Assembly: GCF_041146345.1 (NCBI RefSeq)
Contig: NW_027191404.1
Span: forward strand, 2,542,001 to 2,606,000
Source of the DNA: Neodothiora populina
Lineage: Eukaryota
Direction of reading: 5' to 3'
DNA length: 64,000 nucleotides
The translations under genes and the position numbers were made by a program. Of the stretch, positions 10,130 to 19,543 are shown piece after piece. The notes below the pieces were generated by a model, which had not been told where the DNA came from, searched no databases, and worked only from the letters and a program-made list of their open reading frames with translations. Every line of letters starts with the position of its first letter. Within the stretch, counting starts at the first letter, position 1.

Positions 10130-13100
10130 ATGCTGCGCAGGTCGACTAGACAATCCCTCCAAGGGACCAGGAAACGAAGCGCTTCTCCGTCGGCTAATGA
10201 TAAGAAGAACAAGAATCCCCGCGCGTCTGTTAGCACATATGAGAGAACCAATCTCAAAACACAGCGCGCGCCAAGTGATAAGTCAAACCTGGATCAGGGC
10301 GAAGCTGCCACAGGAACCGAAATGGCGTCTGGTGATGAGTCTGAGTCAATCAATGATAATATCTCTGAGTTCAGTGCCGCGCCATCCGGTGACTCTGCTG
10401 AAGAATCGCCCTCTGATCTGTCCGATGGGGATGACTATGACAGCCAGCAAACGAAGCGCGGACGCAAATCATTCCCCAAGGGTGTGGCTCGCAATCAAAT
10501 CGTCGAGGCGAGAGGCAGCCGTGAGCTCTGGAGAGAAGGGGTTCGGACCGGGGCGCCACCTGGCACACAAGTCATCATCAAGAAGCCAAAGGCCAGACCC
10601 GCTGGAAAGACGCCATATTCGGAATGTACCATACATCCGAACACCATGCTCTTTCTCAGTGACTTAAAGGATAATAACCAGCGCGAATGGTTGAAAAGTG
10701 AGAGACCCCCTTATTGCCTAATTATTAATTCACTTGATCATCATATTACTGCTACTCAACAATCCATGCATGCCCAATGGGTCGTGCAGTAGCTCGCAGT
10801 AACGTTGATACCCGTATACTGGCCCCAAGAGACATCGGTGTGAGGACGGCGTCTCTTAGCTATCTATCACTCCACAAGCCGTTAGCTCCGAGCGCCCATG
10901 CACAAGGCATCTCGGCTTGCTCCAGACATCGAATGGATACCTTGTGGTTCTCTAGGACAAGAAGGAGAGCTGACTGTTTTGCTTTGTCTTTGTCAGTGCA
11001 CGATCCCGACTACCGAGCATCTCTGAGCGATTGGAATACGTTCATCGAAGTTGTAACGCAGAAGCTGTGCGAGATCGACGATACCATTCCCGAGCTGCCT
11101 GTCAAGGATATCGTAAGTTCCCGTTATACGCAAGTCCGTGTGAGGTCTGCAGGAGAGACAGCAGTAGTACCAGCAGCTATGTCTGGGCTGTGGCGATGGT
11201 TCACTTTGGCTTACCTGTACATATAAAGACTTACAGGATTCACCGTGATATTAGATTCTCGCCGGATAAAACGCCTTATAAAGTGAGTGAGCTCAATGGG
11301 AAAACCCATTTCCGAAAGACTACGCTACTGACGCACTGACTCGTAGACCTATTTCTCTGCCGCCTGGTACGCCTGCAATGATCACGCGTGATGATAGAAT
11401 CGAGCTAATGCTATGCGTATCAGGTCCCGCACTGGTAATTACATGCCCCTTCTGGTTGGTGACCCTAGTGGACTGAAATCCGACAACAGGACGAAAGGGA
11501 CCTTATGCACATTATTATGTGCAAATCAGTCCTGGTGACAATTCCTTTATTGGTAAGTGACACTGTGAAATATTGGCCCCCTCTACAACCCTAGTGTTTT
11601 CCTACCCTAAGACTACGTACTACTACCTTCCCCCCAAAAGCGCGCAAGGTAGGTATAGTGGCAGACCCGGCGTTCATAGGAGACGCGCATACGACGTATC
11701 GGAGTGAGTGCAACACTTGTCTTGGATTTGTCCGAAACATTGCATCACAGGATGTCGTTGGTCGAGACACGCCGTGATGCATCCACGACCTACACGAAAG
11801 GACCAGATGGTCATTGTCGTCGAAGATGAGGGAGCATGACAGTCATCACCAGTCCATATGACTTGCCGCTTCGGTATCGGTCACGACGACACGACTCATC
11901 TCTTACAACCACCTCTTGAATCACCACGGATGTGTGACAGCTCTTCTGGTCTCCATGTCTACGCTCTGCACAAAACGATGAGATTGGGAGTAGCGGCATC
12001 GACGGGGGTAGGGTCTCGCGGAGATCTGATCTCAGTTGTGCTCAAGTGCAGCTTGAAAAGAGTGAGAGGTGTCCATGGTCATACGGCGAAACTGTCACCA
12101 AAGAGCAGAGAGAGATCTAGGATGCAATAAGCAAGGTCAAGTAGCATGGCCATGATCCGCAATGACGCAGCTGAATCCAAGTCCAAGGCTGGCAAGGGGG
12201 TCGGCTACCTGAGATCTCGGATTGAGGGAGCTCTTTGTTAGCTGTGTCCATGATGTTCACGCGCTCTGTAGTGCTTTGACTTATCGCTTCGACTGCCTAT
12301 ACTAACGCTTGAATGTGTCAGGTGGAGGCCTGTGGTATCCAGAAGCTTCATCACTCGCAAAGCTCCGCCGAGATATCGACAGACATCCGCAGCGACTTAA
12401 GGATGCCTTGATGGGGGAAGGGATGAGGAAGGAAATGCTGGGTAACGCTCCCAGGAACACGGCGAAAGTGGTGCAGGCGTTCGTTTCGTCACGTACGAAC
12501 GCCGAGAGCGCCTTGAAAACGAAACCAAAAGTAAGTCTTATCTCCTTGCGTTTGATACAGCCTGCACTGCAAGGAGTGGCTTCCTGTGTCACACTGCGTA
12601 AAGGGTATATGCATGTTGAACATCGAGTCAAAGGGGGGTCTTGATGATAAAGAGCGATAGACAAGATCTTCGTCATCACAAGCATCGCTATCTGCTGACC
12701 GACTCATGAAATGAACTCGGGTCAAACCCCGGAAGGGCTAGCTCCCCGTCGCGGGAGGCAAGGAAACGCTCCCTTTTGCCAGGGCTGAACCTTGCCGCAT
12801 CCCCGCCCGAGAGGTGACGCCGCTCTCGTTGATTATTGGTCGTGTCTGACAGGCTCGACTGTCGAATCACTCTTTGACAGGGAAGTGTCCAAAGTGAAGA
12901 TACCCAAATCACGGAGCAGGCTGCACAGCTGGCTGCTTTGCGGTGACCTTGCAACCTTACCGGACTTGCAGTGACAAGAGGGGAACCATGGTGACTCGTG
13001 CTGAAGTGATCCGTATGTTTCTGAGGCCAAATGAGATAGGAAATCTGGTACGCTAAGTCGCTGAACGCGAGCTAGCTCAACCTACTTACGTGGACAGTGA

Positions 13101-13813
13101 GAGATTCATATGGATCATACGATGCGCATGCACATTGCAATTGACAGAGTCGTTTGTACAGAAAGAGAGGGGAAAAAACAGAACGATAGACTTTTCTTGT
13201 GGTATGTCGTTTGCTGACCAAATCATTGTGGCATAGGGCTATGAACATACCCATCGCGATATCGACCTCTTACGCCTAAGGAACTTCACTATTGGCCGGA
13301 GAATACAAGACTCGGAGATACTTGATGGATACGGCTTCTTGGGTCAAGTGACAAAGCTGTTTGCAATCATCCATCCGTTCGTAAGTTCTTTCTCCTGGTC
13401 GCGTTCAAGGATTTCGACCCCACTTGGGAAGTTCGAAATGCGTTTTCCTGTACCATGGTACTTTTTGGCACCGTCTCAAAGACTGTGCTGTTAAGCGCCC
13501 CTGGAATAGATGGTTTGAGATGTTGCCAAGGCAGTCATTGCTCAGGCGAGAACGACTCTTCGGGCCGCACGTCTGACATATATTCTGATTCAGCTTGGAC
13601 GTTAATTCGGTGGCTTTTGCATCAAAAGGGTTTTGTTGTTCCGTGGCTAACTCGTGGGCTCGATGCTTATAGATTCTATGTCTCAATCGTATCGTCTTGC
13701 CGGATCCAAGCGATGAGGCAGAGGACGATGACGAGGAGGAACAATCTGAGACATCGTCGGCCGTAATTGAAAGCGACACGCGATCGGATGTGCGGGTCGG
13801 CGGTTCACCCTAG
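10130..13813 (+). CDS. DUF2461 (TIGR02453-like) family protein, 9 exons, with acidic low-complexity termini
   Basis: Exons 10130-10697, 10997-11112, 11229-11282, 11347-11366, 11424-11434, 11490-11552, 12322-12530, 13237-13380 and 13673-13813 splice in frame. The product contains FLSDLKDNNQREWLKMHD, YRIHRDIRFSPDKTPYKTYFSAAWSRTGRKGPYAHYYVQI, GGGLWYPE and LKTKPKGY..H.DIDLLRLRNF, all typical DUF2461 motifs. Confidence 0.88.
11553..12321 (+). ncRNA. Candidate structured intronic RNA (DUF2461 intron 6); family unassigned
   Basis: A 769-nt intron with several 7-8 bp local and long-range stems (listed under findings). Confidence 0.35.
12531..13236 (+). ncRNA. Candidate structured intronic RNA (DUF2461 intron 7); family unassigned
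   Basis: A 706-nt intron tiled with nested inverted repeats (listed under findings). I recognise no known family. Confidence 0.4.
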
Positions 13814-15832
13814 GCTGCCCGCATTTCGGGAGCAGACGACTGTCAGACAGCCACAAAAGTTGTAACGTGTCGAAAAGTTGTCATGTTGCTGGGTCTTGCA
13901 TAGCAAATGTCTACATGTTCGCGTTTCGCCAACACATCCTTGGGGTTTTTGGAATGGCTTGTTTTTTTTAGCGCCCAGAAATGCGGACGATCGGGCACGG
14001 GACGGCGGCAACACGCAGGCACTGCAAGTCATGTGACTGTCTGTGCTGTCGAAGAGAGCTTGAATACTGCGCGTATCCCTGCGTGGGCGTCCGCTCTTAC
14101 TGCTCTATTGGGTCGAATTTTCGTCTAATGGAACATGTAGATGCGGTCAATAGTAGTACCTCCGTCTCATAAGAGCATGTCGTGCCATAACGTGTGCTAG
14201 GCTTTGGTACTTCTACGAGGTACGGCCTACAAACATGCATCTGTACCTTGTATGATGAACGGGAGCGGGCCGCATTTACTCAGACTTGGGGACGACGTTG
14301 CTCATATCTACAGATGCTGCGCTGTAAAGGACGTTATATTGTGACGAGGCCAATGGGTCACGCAACCCATTCACCTCCATATATTTTCCTCTCCAAGGAG
14401 GGTCGTATCGAATATAGCCGCCGGCTATCAATTTGAAGACTCTCAGCCAATAGGGTCAGAGCCTGCGATTAGGGTAGTGCAGCCGAACTTTCGTTTATGA
14501 AGCGCATACGCGATATGCGCATTGCGCAAACGAAGCACGGCAGTAGGCGCATGACAGTGTCGCATATGTTAGGTGGCACTGCAGTGTTGGGTGTGGATTC
14601 CCTTTCTGTGCGTTAACGCGCTTGTTATTACCCCATCACGCACCCTGCGCCGGCCGTAATGTGATTCGGGCATGCCGTGCATTTGCTACGCTTCGGGACG
14701 ATCCTTGTCCGCCCGCATCATCGCGGACGCTATTCCAAAGGCAAGGCAGTCCATCGATAGATCATTTTTTTTCCTGTGCACTTGGCTTCGCAGTGCTCTA
14801 TTCCGTAGTGTTGCGACATTTCTACCTGAGATAGGGGCACATCCTTCATATGTGACTCTCCTGGAAGGGGAAGGTACATTGGCTCACTACTTAGGAAACC
14901 GCTCGTGCATAGATCGACCCATCGATATTGCTTGTCAGCAATAAACATCAATGACTTTCGTCACGTCGGGATCCTCTTTTTTTCCCTCTCTTACGACGGC
15001 GACCATGATTGTACCTCGGTGCTTGAAGCCCTACCAAACACACACTATCGAGATCGCCTTCTCAGCAGAAACAAAGGGGAGGCGAATGAGCCGGTTTGAG
15101 ACGCTTTTGGCCGATGCGGGTAGTCTTAAGACAAATCTGGTACGAACGTTGAAAAGTCTACCACCTCTTCAGTCATTATCATCAGCACGCATACGGCTGT
15201 TGTCTCACACGCAACGTTTCGACGGACCGGTGCACAACCCTCGAGGCTCACGACTTCCGCACGTGTTGTCTCGGTCGTTGGTGAGACATGTGGAAATCTT
15301 TATTGTGTGCGCTGACCGGTATGCACATTGCTGATTGCAATAGATTGGTGACCTCATGCATGCTGCACCGCTGAGTGATTAGTTAATCGAGAGGGTGATA
15401 GTGCTGTCTTAAACGCGCGCGTGTGTATAATCCCATTGGGGACGCCCTCTCAAGCGACCTGACGGTGGGGTTTGGTGTGCATCGTACAGGTACTAAAACT
15501 GCGAACACGCGGCTCCAGACTAGCCTCGCAGATCACAGATCCGCTGCGGTCTGAGTGTACCATTGTCGCGTGGCAGGCCGAGCGACGGCTAGAAATCCAT
15601 ATTTCGAGCAACGCTACTGCATCCCCCAAATCAGCACTGCCGGACTAGGCTCATCTCAGCGAGAAAGCAAGATCACGGCCGTTTCTTGTACCGTGACCTC
15701 TTCTGCAACTCAAATCTCGCTTTGGCCTGGCACCACTTTTTGTCTTTTGTCTTCTGACCGCCCGCCAGACCAAGTGGAGCAGAACCGTCCAACGTTCGAT
15801 TTCGAGCGGCACGTCCCTCTGCCGCAACCTCA

Positions 15833-15871
15833 ATGTCAAGGCTGTCACTGGGTACGGCACTCCTACACTAG
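15833..15871 (+). promoter_or_regulatory. Putative uORF (MSRLSLGTALLH*) in a long AUG-depleted leader of the Zn2Cys6 TF gene
   Basis: This is the only plus-strand ATG I found between 15363 and 16886. Confidence 0.45.
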
Positions 15872-16886
15872 CATATTCCATCGCGGCCGTGGCTTGCCTT
15901 CTCCCGCGCGGCCGATCAATCCTTGACAGCAACAATAACAATCCCTCGACTGCGAACAATTACGCTAGTGCCGTGCACGCGCACCCTCGAGTCGACTTAG
16001 CGAGACACTCGCAGATTGTTTGTTGTTCGCCAGCTGTGAAATCGTTCTCGGCCGCCACTCGTCTTGCTTCTGAGCGCGGGCGTTTGTTGTTCTCTTGACA
16101 TAATCTAGTTGGAATCAGCCAATACCTGAAAGCCCCCGGACCTGACCTTGACCCCAAGTACCTGTACTACCTCTGGTAGCGTACCTTACCTTTCCAGGTC
16201 GTTACCGGAACCCGTAAGGGACCCAGAAAAATAAAGCTAAGATAGTTGTACAAAACGGCGACTTTTCTCTATATTCTGCGTCACCGATTCACCCGTCGTA
16301 GCCTTGCTCGCTGCGCGCCGGCCCAGTCCGTCTGAGACCACTAGTATTCTTGGGCTCCTTCTCAACCAACCAAAGTCTCTCATCTCCCACAGCCGGGGGC
16401 CTCTGCATCTGAAATAGCGGCAAAACCCCACCATCTGTTCTTTGGACCTTCCGTTCCCTTGTGTCGGATTGCATCGTCTCTTTCTGCCGCGCCTTCTGCC
16501 GCTGCCTAGAAGCACGCTTGAAGTCATTCTCTTTTTTTTTGCCCTTACAAAACCGTCATTCCGCCCTCCGCGCCTGCACATACAAGACTGCCTGTTGTTC
16601 CTGGCCAGCACAGCCAAACTCCGCTGCTGCTGCTGCTGCTGCTGTTGTGTCGAATTGCTGCAGCTGTCACCCAACGCCTCCGTAGCACATTGAGCGCCGC
16701 TGATCCTGCAGCTCGCCTTGCGGCCCGCGCCTCCCTTGTTGTACGACATCAGCAACTACCCACATCAATCACACTTAACCCTGCGCGCGGAGCCGAAGCT
16801 GCATCATTTGGCCAAGGCACTTAACCTTTCATTCACAGTGCTGTGCATTAGTCGCGACCGCCTTACGCGACTATATAACTCCTCTG

Positions 16887-18526
16887 ATGTACCCCAATCC
16901 AAGCGCGACCGCAGGCCAATGGAGTCCTAATGGTCCTCCTCCGCCTCAAATTCCTAACCCATCACAACAACAACAGCAGCAACAACAAAGCCCGCACCCA
17001 AATACTCACCAGTGGCCGCAACACCCACAACAACATCCACAACACCCACAACACCCTCAGCACCCTCAACACCCTCAACACTCTCAACACCCTCAACATC
17101 CTCAACATCCCCAACATCCCCAACATCAACATCATCCCTCGCAGTCATCGAACGGACAATACGCACAACGTCCTCCTCCCCCATCGTCTAATCAGGTATG
17201 ACATGCACAGTTTATGGCTCCTGTCTCGTTTTGCTCCTCGGAAAAAAAAAACAAGGCTGACGAGGAAACCTCCACTAGATCCCCCCCATCAGTCAAGCAT
17301 TACCCCCGGGACCTCCTTCAAACATGACCACTCTGCAACCGCAACACCCGGATCAATACCGTTCATTGCCTCCCCCACCAATGTACGGTCATCCGCAGTA
17401 CCATCCCCAGCCTCCGTTACAATATCCTCCTCAGCCAGCTCCCCGGCAGAGGACCGCGATTGCTTGTCGTTACTGCAGGCGACGCAAGGTAAGCCATCCT
17501 TTTTTTTCCCTTCGAATAGTATCCCTGACACTCGAGCAGATCCGTTGCTCTGGCTTTGACCAATCCGAAGACGGACGCTGCACCAACTGTCAGCGCTTCT
17601 CTCAGGAGTGCGTCTTCACACCCGTCTCTGCTCAGACGCAGGCGTTTGTACCAGCACATACTGTTTGGCGCAACCAAGGCGCTCCACCGCAGCAGCTGTA
17701 TGGAGCGTACGGACAACCACTTCCTCAACAACATCCGCAATACCCCCCTCAGCAACCGCCGCAGCAACAGCAACAGCCCCCATACCCGCCACCAGGTGCG
17801 CCGTATGGAGCGCAGCCCATGTACCCTATGGCGCAGGGTGCATCTCCTATTCCACCTCCACAGAACGCGACTCCGCAGCCACAGGACGTCGCAGGTCGCA
17901 AGCGACCGACTGATGAGCCTCACACACCGACTCTGCCTCCGCCTAACCCGGCAAACGCAGCTCAGATTCCCCAGCAACATCGCACTTCTACAGGGGAACA
18001 GCCACACTACGTTTACCCGGATCCGACAGTGTTGACCCCGGCAGCTGCGTCGCCGGCGTCGTCGACCACATCCTACCATTCAACTCAACCTACAGCGCAG
18101 CCCTACTATGCCCCTTCTGGTCCACCACGAAGACCGTCGCCACAGACCTACCCCTATGATCCATCGCGCGCGTCTTCATCTCCACATAACCTCGCGCAGT
18201 CGAGCACACCGGGTTCCTACCCTCCGCCACCTCCAGCCACATCCAATCCAGCCTCACAGCCGCCGTCTGGACCTGGACGAGGCAGTCCCAACAACGGACA
18301 AGCGGCTGGTGGTCGCGGGGTCAGGATTAATGAACTTGTTGGCCCCACCGGACAAACGCAGTCGAGCCCCTCACAAGCGCACCAGCAGCCACAGGGTCAG
18401 GCTCCGCAGTCGAACAAGCAGGGCGGCCAGCAGCAACAGAATCAGCAATCGCTGTCAGATTCTGAACGTCAGCGTAGCGCGGCTGACAGCGACATGCTGA
18501 ATCAGCTCAACAAACAACGCATGTAG
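16887..18526 (+). CDS. Zn(II)2Cys6 transcription factor with P/Q-rich low complexity; resembles McrA-type regulators (orthology unverified)
   Basis: Exons 16887-17195, 17279-17488 and 17540-18526. The spliced cluster reads RTAIACRYCRRRKIRCSGFDQSEDGRCTNCQRFSQECVFTPVS (CX2CX6CX10CX2CX6C). There is no obvious middle-homology domain. Confidence 0.88.
17023..17139 (+). repeat. Coding 9-nt tandem repeat encoding (HPQ)n
   Basis: About 12 units of CAYCCNCAR in exon 1 of the Zn2Cys6 gene. Confidence 0.85.
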
Positions 18527-19543
18527 AGCAGATCATTCTAACGAGGTGCTCTATGTCTAATTCCTCATGTCATAGAGCTGGTCTCTAACAACATGTGACT
18601 ACCAGCAAGTTTTTCTTGCTGCATGGGGTTGCCTGCTGTTCACGCTCACGCCTGAACGGCAACGGGGTCATTTGACTGATTGATTGACTAATTGATTACG
18701 TATTTTCTGTTTCTTTCGGCTCTCTGAGAACGTGCACGCTTTAATTTGGGCTCGGTCTGTGGCGACGGCTATCTCTCTTACATCCTGTTTTAAAGCGTCG
18801 AATGGGTGGTAAGCGTTCCGAAATCATGCATTGGGGTGGCAAAACGCAATGCTGATCGAGCTGCTTTACTTTGATCTTTTCAGGGAAAAGGATGTCGTGA
18901 TCGTTTTGATTCAGGGAGGCCTAGCCTTTGATTTTACTCAATATATTTGTATAACAACTTTTAAACACGCATGTCGTTGCACAGCTGTTCACCGAGACGG
19001 AGACGAAGTCCTCTCGATATCTCGGATGTATTCCCTTCATGCACTGGACACCTCAAACGGACCGGACCGCAGGGGAATATCGCGCTCCCGTGTGCGGCAT
19101 GGTGTACGAGAGTACCTTACCTAAAGTTATTCTGGTCTGAGAGTACCGATGTTATTGAAATGCCATCATTATTGTGCCAAGCAAAGCTGCACAATCGCTA
19201 TTGCAAACCTCATCATTCTTGAAAAGCATTATGATCTGGCTATGAGACTTCGTTAGTGCTAACAGACGTACATATAACCGTGTATCGTTCTACTCGGAGT
19301 TTCTGACTCATTTTGAATGATGATACGTCGTCTGACAAATTGTCAAACATTCTCGTTATCCTGGTTCTACTATAGTTAAGATATAAGTCTTATAGTCCGG
19401 GTTCCTTCCGATAGGGCTGAGTAACGGCAAGATGCAGTGCGTCATTCCCCGGTTTGTACCTAGTCGCAGTTTATTCATACTGTAGAGACAACTTCTGTAC
19501 CTAGCCAGGTATCTTAACGATAGATCGAGTAATTATAGTAGTA

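Noticed and set aside
11773..11813. Hammerhead-like fragment (GTGATG...CGAAA plus hairpin)
   Set aside because: The CUGANGA core is not intact and stems I and II cannot be built convincingly.
12068..12093. Resemblance to part of a fungal TPP riboswitch (GGTGTCC...CATACGGCGAAACT)
   Set aside because: The CTGAGA motif is missing from the required position and the TGAT..ATAATACCAGCG P5 motif is absent. The host gene has no link to thiamine.
12642..13024. Box C/D snoRNA reading (TGATGA at 12642, CTGA at 13021, with a U18-like GATCCGTATGTTT before it)
   Set aside because: The C-box-like motif lies inside the 12642-53/12667-78 stem. The putative guide is paired in 13008-17/13107-16 and differs from the U18 guide GGTCCGTGTTT by a substitution and a 2-nt insertion.
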